The notes below the pieces were generated by a model. It was not told where the DNA came from and ran no database searches. It saw only the letters and a list, made by a program, of their open reading frames with translations. Positions 48,022-60,119 of a stretch of 64,000 nt of DNA are shown piece by piece; within the stretch, counting starts at the first letter, position 1; each line of letters opens with the position of its first letter. The translations under genes and the position numbers were made by a program. The DNA lies in NCBI RefSeq assembly GCF_006345805.1, contig NC_043005.1:44640001-44704000 (forward strand), written 5' to 3'. The stretch is from Octopus sinensis. Its lineage: Eukaryota.

Positions 48022-48025
<4 letters not shown>
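47212..48025 (+). mobile_element. Mariner derivative with TIRs and TA TSD
   Basis: TIRs TCAGGTCATTCCATAAGTTC / TCAGGTCATCCCATAAGTTC (rc); KGVIHFELLLPNATINAEVYCQQL, MFHQDN, PPYSPNLAPSDYHLF. Confidence 0.9.
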
Positions 48026-48073
<48 letters not shown>

Positions 48074-48742
48074 CATTTGCTGAAATATTTGCAGCCTTAA
48101 TAAAGCAGGTCTTCGTATGAAACAATTGTACCAAAATATTGATCCATTTTTGTTGCTTTTTTCTTGTTTATAATCACCCCGCATTATCTTATGGTTAATA
48201 CCATATAGATTTCTGGTGCATCTAAGTTAAGTACTGCATTCATGTGAATTCAACAGAACTCACTTGAATCTTAATTGCTTTTACTGAATATATATATATA
48301 TATATATACTTTATTTAAAGCAGCAGAAAATTCAACAAAACCTGTTACTCTGAGTTTCCCATTGCCGTTCATTGGACAGTTTTTGCTAGAATCCACCTTG
48401 TTTCACATTTATGTGTTTACTCCGGTATATATATATATATATATATATAAGTAAATAAATGGAGTTGAACACAGATGCTATTCAAATTCTTTTACTTTCA
48501 ACATATGTTTCGAAGACAACATTGGTTTTATTCCAAAGGAATAAACGGTGTAAAATAATGCAATCTTCTCATCAGGAAAGAAAGAGAACCTATCTCAACA
48601 ACCAAACATTATAACAATTTTGATGACTGCATAAATGATATCCTTTTTACTTGCGTGAATTTTGCTACTCTGGTAACTGTTTAGTGAATTTTCCATGTTA
48701 ACGGTAAACAAAGGATAATTCATTCCTCCATTTATATATATA

Positions 48743-48788
<46 letters not shown>

Positions 48789-48805
48789 ATATATATATAT
48801 GTATG

Positions 48806-48837
<32 letters not shown>

Positions 48838-49369
48838 TATTTGAACATTTATGAGGACTACTTTTTACAGTTTTTGAAGTGTAAAGGTGGTATTTTTTTT
48901 TTTTAAATGTTATGAAATCTTTTATGAAAATGTTACTAACCTGTTTTTTCTAGTGTGTGAGTGCTTTCATTAAACCTTTTCAAACACATGTGCTCTTAAT
49001 GAGAAGTTGTTATTTTTGTGGTAGTGGTAGTATTATTTCCAGTTTATTTTCAGACTTTTGGTTTTGATCATAAACATTCTTTTACCATTGTTCATTATAT
49101 GAAGTGTTGGCTATTTTCAGTTTCATTTCGGATATAAAGTATTCTTCTTTTGCCTTTCAAGTGTATTAGTTTAATGCTCAGGAAGGACAGGCAAAAAGAT
49201 TTTTCCATTCTTCTTGAGCATTAAACTAATACACTTGCTGGTTGTTCCTACATCTATCTTCATCTTTTGTTTTCAGTAAATTTGAATTATCTCACAGAGG
49301 CAATGACATATGACCAAGACCTTTGGCATTATGTCATGCTTGAGAAGAAGACCCATCAAACCAAGTAAA

Positions 49370-49598
49370 ATACTGTCATGGCAGATACTGGTGTCACACA
49401 AATTACACCCATGCTGGTGGCACATAAAAGCGACCATTACATTCTCAGAGTGGTTGGCATTAGGAAGAGCATCCAGCCATAGAAACCATGTCAAATCAGA
49501 CTGGAATTTGGTGCAGCCTCCCAGCTTGCCAGACCTGATCAAACTGTCCAACCCATGCCAGCATGCACAATGGATGTTAAATGATGATGATGATGATG
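49370..49598 (+). mobile_element. RTE 3'-end copy with (GAT)n tail
   Basis: gagtggttggcattaggaagagcatccagcc...ggatgttaaatgatgatgat. Confidence 0.8.
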
Positions 49599-49599
49599 A

Positions 49600-49635
<36 letters not shown>

Positions 49636-49638
49636 ATC

Positions 49639-50055
49639 TTTTACTCTTTTACTTGTTCAAGTCATTTGACTGTGGCCATGCTGGAGCACTGCAGCACTGC
49701 CTTTAGTCGAGCAAATCAACCCCAGGACTTATTCTTTGAAAGCCTAGTACTTATTCTATCAGTCTCTTTTGCCAAACTGCTAAGGTACGGGGACGTAAAC
49801 ACACCATCATTGGTTGTCAAGCGATGTTGTGGGGACAAACACAGACACACAAACATACACACACTCACACACATATATATACATATATACGACGGGTTTC
49901 TTTCAGTTTCCATCTACCAAATCCACTCACAAGGCTTTGGTCGGCCCGAGGCTATAGTAGAAGACACTTGCCCAAAGTGCCACGCAGTGGGACTGAACCC
50001 AGAACCATGTGGTTGGTAAGCAAGCTACTTACCACACAGCCACTCCTACACCTAT
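49639..50055 (-). mobile_element. SINE family B, young
   Basis: High identity to the reverse complement of 34728-35148. Confidence 0.88.
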
Positions 50056-50597
50056 ATATATATACATACATCTATATGTCTGTATGCATGTGTGTGTGTA
50101 TGTATGTATACACATATATCTGTCTATTCATACATACATACACATAGTTTGTACATATGTGCCTATCTTTCACTGATATATATTTATCAAAAGATGTAAA
50201 GAAAAAGAAGGAAAGGTATTCAGACAAAATAAGCTGTGGCATCTATTCCAACATGAATGCTGTCTTGTCACTCTTTCCACTGCATCATGAAGTGTAATAG
50301 TGACTTGGTCATTGGAAACCTCTATATTAAGGATGTTATTGTTAAAAAAATTCAATATAAAGCTGAAATTCAAATAAATTTATTTTAAAATAGTCATTAC
50401 TCAATTCATTTGCAAGTGAATAACAATGTAGTGTATATATAATATTCATTGATTATTTCATAAATTATACAACATTTGAAAAATACTTGATAGAGACTAA
50501 AAATATGGTTTTGCTTTGAATTCTTTAATAAACTATTCCTATTTGAAACGTAGACTTTAACTGATATATTTTAGATTATATATATTTATAACAGCGG

Positions 50598-50905
50598 ATA
50601 TTATTTTAGAATGGTATGTATTATTTTTTAGTATGGTATATATTATTTTTAGAATGGCACACATTATTTTGGTATACATTATTTTTAGAATGATATGCAT
50701 TATTTTTAGAATGGCATATATTATTTTTAGAATGGTATATATATTTTTAGACTGGTATACAGTATTTTTAGAATGATGTACATTATTTTTAGAATGGTAT
50801 ATATTATATTTAGTATGGCATACATTATTTTTTGAATGGCATATATCATTTTTAGAATGGCATATATTATTTTTAGAATGGTATATGCTATTTTTAGAAT
50901 GGTAT
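50598..50905. repeat. 21-bp minisatellite, about 15 units, consensus TATTATTTTTAGAATGGTATA
   Basis: Directly visible; a second array of about 5 units lies at 52498-52600. Confidence 0.92.
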
Positions 50906-51646
50906 CATTCAACTACGGTAGTAGTCGAATAATATTCTTAAGGCTGCAATTTACTCACATGCAGTATCTTTCAGAGCTTGTCACTAATTCAGTTCTTAAC
51001 CAAATTGAAAACTGTTAACATTTCTGAAGAGGAGTGGTCCCTAGCTAGATTTTGGCATAAGAAAAAAAATGAGATTTGATTCAGCAGAAAAAATTTGTAT
51101 CAAAATTTGTAGCAATGTTATAGGAGAGTAAGTAACGCCACCAATCAAGTTTAAATCTAAATAACTTTTTTTATTTTAAAAGCAAGATAAATTTATCTTA
51201 GCCTCAATGATAGAAGAAAGCATGAAGTGAAGTTCATAGTTTTGTTCCCATACAACAAAAATTTCTATGAAAAAGTTGTGAGGTTAAATATCAGGAAAAA
51301 ATATAAGTAAAGCAAAAAATTGGTTTTAAGTATAATTAATTTTTTTAATTTTAAGAACAAGCTATATTTCAATTAAGCTTAAATGATAGAGCTCAATTTG
51401 AGAAATTTCTTGGTATCAATCTCATATGATGAAGTTTTAAAAGAAAAAGTTATGAATGTTTGTTTCTCAAATTTGAGGATGATAATATAGTTCTATACTT
51501 TTTTATGAACAAAATTCTATAAGGAGGCTTTTGATATATGTCACTGGCATCATTGAGGTAAGGAAAAATTATTAACGACACTGCTAATTGACACATTTGA
51601 CACATTATTAATTAGCATAATAGTATAACCTGGAAAGAATATGGAT

Positions 51647-52497
51647 TACATGGAAAAATGTGAGCAAGAGAAATAATATTCTTAAAATTATAAACCTGGA
51701 AAATTACATGACAAGTTATTATACTTGAAAAAGTTCAGGACAACTTATTGCATCTGGTAAAGTACAGAACAAGAAAACTTTTACTTAAAATATTGCAGCT
51801 AAGGATAAAATATGAATATTAAAAATTATTTGATTTTAATTTACAAAGTTACATTATAATTGATAAAGGTACCATCATTTTGTTAAAATATTGACACACT
51901 AGTATACTTAAAAAATGAGAGCCAGAAGTACCAATATAGCTAAAGTTTTATGCAAAGTAGAATAGTATATATGGTAGGTAAATTCATTATGTAAAAAGTA
52001 GTCAAGACTAAAAATGTGAAGACTTAGCAATAACTTAGGCAACAACTCAAGCAAATTTTACTTTGAATTTGTTGTTATAGGTAGATTTTACTCTAATATA
52101 TAACTGATTATGTACTACTATTATTTTTTATAACCTATTTTCAAATTCGTAATTATTAATTAATGATTAAAAAAAATGAATTTTTTTAAAGTGCAAAAAG
52201 TATATTTTAATTGAGTTATTTTAAATTTTTACTGGAAGTAACAAGTAATAACAAATAGAAGTAATAACTTGTAATAAAATTTTTAGTTTTAATAAAAGCT
52301 AATATTTTCTAAATTTAAATATTCTATTTGAAATTTTATCTTTAGCTGCAATATTTTAAGTAAAACTTTTCTTGTTCTGTACTTTACCAGATGTAATTAG
52401 TTGTCCTAAAATTTTCCAAGTGTAATAATTTGTCCTGTAATTTTCCAGGCTTATAATTTTAAGAATATTATTTCTCTTGCTCACATTTTTCCATGTA
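51647..52497. repeat. Inverted repeat, arms 51647-51811 and 52333-52497 (about 165 bp)
   Basis: Arm 1 tacatggaaaaatgtgagcaagagaaataatattcttaaaattataa...; arm 2 is its reverse complement with scattered substitutions. Confidence 0.9.
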
Positions 52498-52604
52498 CAT
52501 TATTTTTAGAATGACCTGTATTATTTTTAGAATGGCATACATTGTTTTTTGAATGGCATATATTATTTTAGAAAGGTATACATTATTTTTAGAATGTCTA
52601 TACT

Positions 52605-52925
52605 TTGGGAGAAGGATCTGTTCCTTATGCAGTGTGGTTCTCCATCTAATTAGCATACTTGTCTGTCATTATATAGTTGTATCCACAACCTGAACAAGTT
52701 ATAACATAAATTAAACTCTCGGATGCCCAACTGAAGCTGGTCTTAATTCCGAGCCTCTCTCTCTGTTTGAAATGGAATTCTGAGCCTTCCAGTAGGTTAG
52801 AGCATGTTCCACTGTTTGGACGTCCACATTTTGTAACCATTGGTTTTCTGTTTGTTGTGCAAAGCTTCATGTTTGTCAGAAGTCTTTTCAGTGATTTGGG
52901 TTGGTATTTACATTTGATGAATTTG
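52605..52925 (-). mobile_element. Penelope-like GIY-YIG fragment
   Basis: ORF 52646..52870 KCGRPNSGTCSNLLEGSEF...SLIYVITCSGCGYNYI, homologous to 43685..44191. Confidence 0.8.
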
Positions 52926-52933
52926 TGTTTTCA

Positions 52934-52981
<48 letters not shown>

Positions 52982-53674
52982 CCTCCCAAATCCTTTGAAT
53001 GACCATCCTTAAAAAAAAAAAACTTAACTACTGACCATATTCTCTCAATAGAAAAAGAATAAAAGAGAAATGTTTTGACAATATATTCCCAAAATACACA
53101 CACACACACATATACATACATACATACATACACACACATATATATATATATATATATTTATGTGTGTATGTATGTATATGTGTAATTTAATGTACTTGAA
53201 TTCTTCACTCCCACAAAATTGCTGACCTTGTGCCAAAATTTGAAGCCAATATTTTTCTGTGACCACGTGTGTACACAGAGCTGGCCATGTTCTGAATAGA
53301 AACTACAAATTCAATTCAAAAGACTTCTCTTCAATTGAATTCCTGAAACTTGAACTCTTGATCTCCACCTCAAACCTGCATAGACAAAACACATACGTGA
53401 CTCGAAAGTAAAATTTCACTGAGCACTAAAACAAGAGTGCAAACTGTTAACCCCCAATTTTCTTTCTCTTTGACTTCCAAAAAAATTCTTTTTAATATTT
53501 GATTAGATGGATACATTGAAACTGATTATGTTTTAAATCACTCACTCTAACAAAAATATTAAACATTCTCTAAAATATACTTTTGTGCCTTTTCAAACTT
53601 TATTTACTTTTGTAACCATAATTGTTGATCTGTATGGACACTTAACCCCTTTTCAACTATATATATATATATAA

Positions 53675-53865
53675 AGTTAATCCAAACATGAAAACACAAA
53701 GAGAAAAGACAACAATGCGAGGATGTGGAACAAGTATAGTATTATTGGATGCTCAGGAAAGAAGGAAAGAAGGAGTGTTTACCGTTTCGAGCAGAGCTCT
53801 TCGTCAGAAACATAGGAAAAGGAAAGATCCAAAGAAGGGAAGACGGAGGGAAAATATCACCAACA
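53675..53865 (-). mobile_element. Short repeat (family H2) carrying a hammerhead-like motif at 53776-53812
   Basis: Minus strand UGUUU-CUGACGA-A-GAGC(ucu)GCUC-GAAA-C-GGU-AAACA. Confidence 0.6.
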
Positions 53866-55521
53866 GTACACACGTGGTCACAGAAAAATATTGACTTCAA
53901 ATTTTATATGTATGTATATGTGTAATTTAATGCAATTGAATTCTCCACTCCCACAAAATTGCTGACCTTGTGCCAAAATTTGAAGCCAATATTTTTCTAT
54001 CCTTTACAATCATGGTCATTAAAAATAATTCATTTTACCAGATTGGTATGTTGTAAGTTCCCTGATTTTCAGCACATGTTCCTAAATCAGTCTTTTTATC
54101 TCATGTCCTGATCAGTGTTTTGATACCAAATATATATTCCAGATTCAAATAACATATACAGTTACATATCCAATAAATTCTATTTGATTCATATTTCTTG
54201 AAATGTAGATAATATTCTGTTTATATTGATCAGGAAAGACCACCATTCAACACCCTACTTCTAACACCATGATGTCAACTTTGTGTATGAAACAAATTCT
54301 TTCTTTTAATATTTATATTATTATGAATTTTAGTTCCAACAGAACCTACTCAACATTCCATTGAATTATCACAGAATATCTGTTAGCTCATTGCCATTAA
54401 AGAATTAATCCAAAAGTCTTATTGCCTGACCAATATAATTTTTTAGTTCCAGTAACCATTATTCATGTTGCTATTTTCTTCTCAATCTTCCACTATTCAA
54501 GAATAATACCACATCTCAAATGGTCTGAATTTGTCTGCTCCTTATTTGTCTTGCTAGTTTGTGTTTCACCAACTTATTGGCAGGGCATCCTGTCTGTTTC
54601 ACCAACTTATGTGGCAGGGCATCCTGTCTGGTTATTGATACTTTTTAAAATGCCTATCACAACATCATCATATGGATTTTTCCCAATAATTATTTTAATG
54701 AAAATAAAAATCCTTGTGCCTTTTGGGTTGCTTTCCTCTTTGTTCAATTATTATTTCAAATTGTTAAGTCTCTTACCAAGGTTTGTCTAAAAAATATCTA
54801 ACTTGCTTTTCATTTCTGAATGATTATGTCGTATATATTCATTAGTTTGCATTTGGTTTCTTCTAATATCGGCAGCTTTAGTTAGGATTGTACTCATGAT
54901 CACTCTCACTGCATCACTAGTCAAAACAAAATAAAACCTGTACACATTGAAAGGCAAGTATTTTCTTACAATAAATTTGTTTATACTAAAGCAAGACTTG
55001 CTATGATAAAATTTAATTTGTAATTTAGTTGCATTTTATTAGAATCATAAAAAATTTAATTTATAAGTATTGCATAATACTGTTTAAAACTTGAGATAAG
55101 AAAAGTCATAAAATAATTTTTATCCAGCTGTTTCAAGTTTCCTACCCATTAATTAACTGTAAAACAGACATGTAAATATAAACAAAAGAGAATATAAAAA
55201 TTTTCTTTCTATATAGCAAACTCTTCATTTGGATATTTTGTCATGAAGTGATGGACTAAAAGCTTTATGTATCCACCACTGAAGAATTAAATTTCAATAT
55301 CTGTCTAAATGAACTCCTGGATTTAGCCTCAAGATTTTAAAATAATCACGTTTTTTTTAATGTTTTCAGAATGTTCCTCTTATCCATTCAGTATGTCTAA
55401 GAAACAATAGTGTTGACTGTTGACTATTTTCTGGCAATATTCTTGTGCTAGGTAGGGATTGAGCCTAGAAACTATATTTTATCAACATGATTAATGTTTT
55501 AACCAAAAGCTCAGAATTTAA

Positions 55522-55740
55522 TCCTTTAACATTTAAATCAGCCATATCCTTTCCCCTATATATTTTATCACTTTTAAGTTTAAACCAGCCAGATCCAACC
55601 TCTTACACTTATCCTACAATACCATTCTAAAAACAAACAATTTTACAGTCAAAATATTGAAGTTACAGGATAATGCATGATTAATTCAAAATAATATGGA
55701 TAAACATTACATTTGACTGAATAATCTGAATGCCAAAGGG
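55522..55740. mobile_element. MITE with TTAA flanks (piggyBac-type)
   Basis: ttaa|TCCTTTAACATTTA ... TGAATGCCAAAGGG|ttaa; partial copies at 33645-33757 and about 62640-62738. Confidence 0.7.
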
Positions 55741-55957
55741 TTAAAGAACAACGATGTTGCCATTTTAAAGAACTTGATGATAATTTCTTACAATGTACGT
55801 AATTAATTAAAATGACTGAATTTTTCTTTTTCATATTTTAACCAATGAATATCCTTCATAGTTTATGGAAATCATTTGAATATAGTCTCCATAAAAGTTT
55901 GCCAGTTTGATGTTGATATTTGCACTCATGTTATACTCTACTCTATAGAGTGGAGTG

Positions 55958-56015
<58 letters not shown>

Positions 56016-56599
56016 TAATAATAGTTGTTACATAGATTTCCCCAATGTAATGGGGAAATCTATGTATTCTGCAACTACTATTAGATCCAAACAAAGTCAC
56101 ATTCTTATAAATAAGCTATTAGTCTATACATAGTTTCTTATAGCACTCTGTGTATCATACTTAATGTAAATGCTTTGTTGAAAGGCAATTTACTGTGGTA
56201 TTTATCCAGGGATTACATCTCTTATGGGCATGATGTGTTTAAAAAAGATAACATACATTGGAAGAAGGAACAATCAGTCCAGAAGTTGCTAGTGAGAACA
56301 TCAGATGCTTTAGTCTCATTGGGCGTTATCAATGGCATGCACTTCACAGTCAGACACACAAATAGACAAAATTTATCACCTTTGACATATAAGTTACAGT
56401 GAATAAACATTCAATGGCATTATGAATATCTAATCAGCTGAATTAAAACCTGTTATATACAATAGAAACAGTACAAAATTAGAATAACCATCTATGTATT
56501 ATACTTAATGTAAATAAATTGCTGAAAGGCAAATTTATTAGCATATTTATCAAGAGACAATATCTCTTATGGACAAGCTGTGTTTAAAAACACAGTATA

Positions 56600-57499
56600 T
56601 GAGGTGGTATCAGAAAGTTCCCAGACTAGTTCTGTAGTGCAACAAGTGGCAGCACATTGTTGCATGTAGAGTGAAAGGTAGTAGTGACCTTCATGAGGCA
56701 GTGTGCTGAGTAACATTGCTGTGTTTACTTTGGAAGTTGTGAAATTTGTGTTTTTGTGATCACGTGTATGCTGTAACCTGTGATTTTGTCATGGATAGGA
56801 ATTTGGAAGAAAGAGCCAATGTGAAGTTTTGTGTTAAATTTGGGAAGTCTGCGACAGGGACATTGAGCATGCTTTGGCAAGCTTATGGCAATGAGGCGAT
56901 GGGTTGTACACATGGATGCTTCAAATGCAGAAGAACATCTCTAGAAGGCAATGAGTGATCTGGAAGACCTGCCACAAGTGTCACCCAAGGAAATGTGGTA
57001 TTGTGCATCAAGAATTCAGCTCCCAGGGCCAGACCATCAACTGAGAGTTCTACTGCAATATTTAGAAGTGTTTGAGGGAGGACATTCAATGAAAGCAACT
57101 GGATCTGTAGTCCACGAAGAATTGGATTCTTCATGACAACAATGCACTTTGTCACTGAGCTCTTCTCACTCCTGAGTTTCTCACCAAAAACAACATGGTA
57201 TCAGTTCCACACCCACCCAATTCGACAGATTTAGCACCTGTGGACTTCTCTCTCTTCCCCAAGATGAAAATGCAGCTCAAAGGTTGCAATTTTAACATTG
57301 TTGTCAAAATCAAAACTGAATTGCAGAAGGTTCTTGACTCGTTTACAGAAAAGGACTTCCAGGCCAGATTCCAAAAGTGGCAGGAATGCTGGGACCAGTG
57401 TATTGCTGTGCAAGGTGATTATTTCAAAAGAGATTATGTTAAAACTTAAATATTTCTTATTAAACATAATTAGTCCCAGAACTTCTTGACACCACCTCA
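56600..57499 (+). mobile_element. Mariner derivative with TIRs and TA TSD
   Basis: TA|TGAGGTGGTATCAGAAAGTTC ... GAACTTCTTGACACCACCTCA|TA; MDRNLEERANVKFCVKFGKSA and VPHPPNSTDLAPVDFSLFPKMKMQLKG. Confidence 0.9.
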
Positions 57500-59489
57500 T
57501 ACATAAGAGGGACCATATGACTGACTGTGTGTAGATATCACTGATAAGGCTCAGCAAGGCTGAAATGCATCTGGCATTCTCACAAACCACTAGTGGGATA
57601 ATTTTTGTTTCCCTTTGATATGTTTCTATATATTTCACTTGTAATCTATAAACAATGATTTTATATGGACCTGATTGGAGAACAGCTACATTAGGGAGAA
57701 TCAGCCCCCGTTACCTACTCACCCTACTTCAAAAAATAAATGACTCTCTGCTTTGGGAATTTTCTCTCTTACTGCTCTAAACGGCAGGCAACACTGAAGT
57801 GCCAGTTCTTTCTTTGGAAAATATCCCCCTATCATCTCTGCTTATCTTTTATAATATTTACTGTAGGACAACAGTTCTCTCTGCATATGTACCTTCCACA
57901 TCAAATGATACTTGAAGAATTTGTACAATAGTTCAGAGGAGAGTTAAGCACTATTGCTTATTCTGAGAATGAAGAAGCGAGAGATTTTGGTGTTGTCATT
58001 TTGGTTCTAAGCCAGCATCACTTGAATGTTTGTTGACTGGTCTGTGGTGGTGACTGGTTGAGTTAATAATGAAAATATGTTTCTGGGGTTGCATGTAGAA
58101 TTAATTGAACAGCACCTATAAACATTTAACAGATTTTATTATCATATATAAAGATCAACTGTACTGGTCTTTTTACAGATAACAACAGAAATGATTGCAT
58201 ACTAGGAGAAAGATTCTGCTTAGAGTATATGGCAAGCTATTGATACAGCAACATGAGACTCACCCAACATAACTGAAAACATCTGTGCTATATTCATATC
58301 AATGAAGGTTCCTCTCATCTATCTGCACCATCTATCTTAGCCACCTTGCATGGTTGTCTGTCTTTGTCTCATAAAAATACATTCTGAATAGTTTTTATAG
58401 GGGACCAGGAGTCAAATTGTAGTATGTTCAAGAAAACCTGCCCACAGAATTAGTTCTTGTTGATTGACCAGTAAATAGGCTGACCACGTGAAACTATGAT
58501 AGTTTGCTTGTGATGTCTGACGACATATCCAGGGATTTGGTTTTGAATCACTGCTACATCAGCAAACTGTTTCCCTCTTAGGCACAGTACATTAGACATT
58601 TCACTTTTCTTGGCAATTGAACTGATTAGAGTAATGTAGAACTTTCTTAGGAAAACAGTTGTTGTTTATACACATCATCACCTGTTTCCTGGGATACCAG
58701 ATTTTGCCATGAATAACAATGTATTGAAATACATCAATTTATAGGATATATTTGTATAGCTGTATAGTTCAAGCAACTGTCTATCTAGTGGTATCATATT
58801 TCAATTTAAATTATGTAGTGGTTGATTGAAACCAATTACTTCTGAAACTATATCATCGCCTACGTATGTATTAATATCTATAAAAAGAGTTAATCTATGT
58901 AAAGTATAATTGTGGTATTGTTACTGAAATAGAACACTGTATACATATATATATATGTGTGTGTGTGTATGTGTGTGAATTTAAATATATACATAATCAC
59001 ACGTGTGCACACACACACATACACATGCATATGCACATATCTGTTTATGTATACACATACATACATATCTATCTATATATACACATATACATATTCATAT
59101 GTATCTATCATCTGTCTCTCTGTCTATCAATCATCAGCAAATCATAAATCCAAAAGAGAAGCATGCTCTTAAGTTACAGAGCAGCAAAGTATTTAGATAA
59201 AGATAGTTATGGTTGGTCTATGGGGTTACCCACGGTTTCAAATCCACAAAATGCTTAGCTTTACAGCATCTCATCTGACCATTATGGCTTGTGGCCTATA
59301 ACTTCTCTTCAAAGTCGAGATCTCATGGTTAGTTGTTGAACACAGACAAAAGGGTTAAGTGTGAGGGACATATATATACATATATATACATATATACATA
59401 CATATATATATATGTATATAATGTATGCATGTATAACTGTGTGTATGTATGTATGCATGCATGCATGCATGCATACATGCAGGCATGTA

Positions 59490-59660
59490 TGTATGTATAT
59501 ACAGTTGCCTTATGGTAAGAAATTTGCTCCCAATTACATAGTCTTGGCTTCAGTCCCACTGCATGGCACTTTGGGTAAGTGTCCTCTACTATAACCTGAG
59601 GCTGACCAATGCCTTGCAAGTGGATTTGGTTAATGGAAACTGAAAGAAGTCCATTGTATG
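59490..59660 (+). mobile_element. SINE family B head
   Basis: tggtaagaaatttgctcccaa..ggcttcagtcccactgcatggcactttgggtaagtgtc..ggaaactgaaagaag. Confidence 0.7.
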
Positions 59661-59699
59661 TGTGTGCATGTGTGTGTGTGTGTGTGTGTGTGTGCATAA

Positions 59700-60040
<341 letters not shown>

Positions 60041-60119
60041 TAGAGAGAATTATTCTCTGTACAGAATACACTTCATAATGCTCAAGAGCTTTGAACTTGA
60101 GCAGTGGAATAGATGTAAC

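Noticed and set aside
50598-50905. CRISPR-like array
   Set aside because: Units are contiguous with no unique spacers, there are no cas genes and the context is eukaryotic; it is a minisatellite.
13480-54630. Short tandem duplications (23 bp at about 13480-13540, 42 bp at about 25295-25385, 35 bp at about 45433-45500, about 32 bp at 54560-54630)
   Set aside because: Ordinary slippage-type duplications with no further structure.
58440-58620. Helitron helicase motif (RGKQF...VSRGQ on the minus strand)
   Set aside because: Spacing and the TINKSQG motif do not fit.
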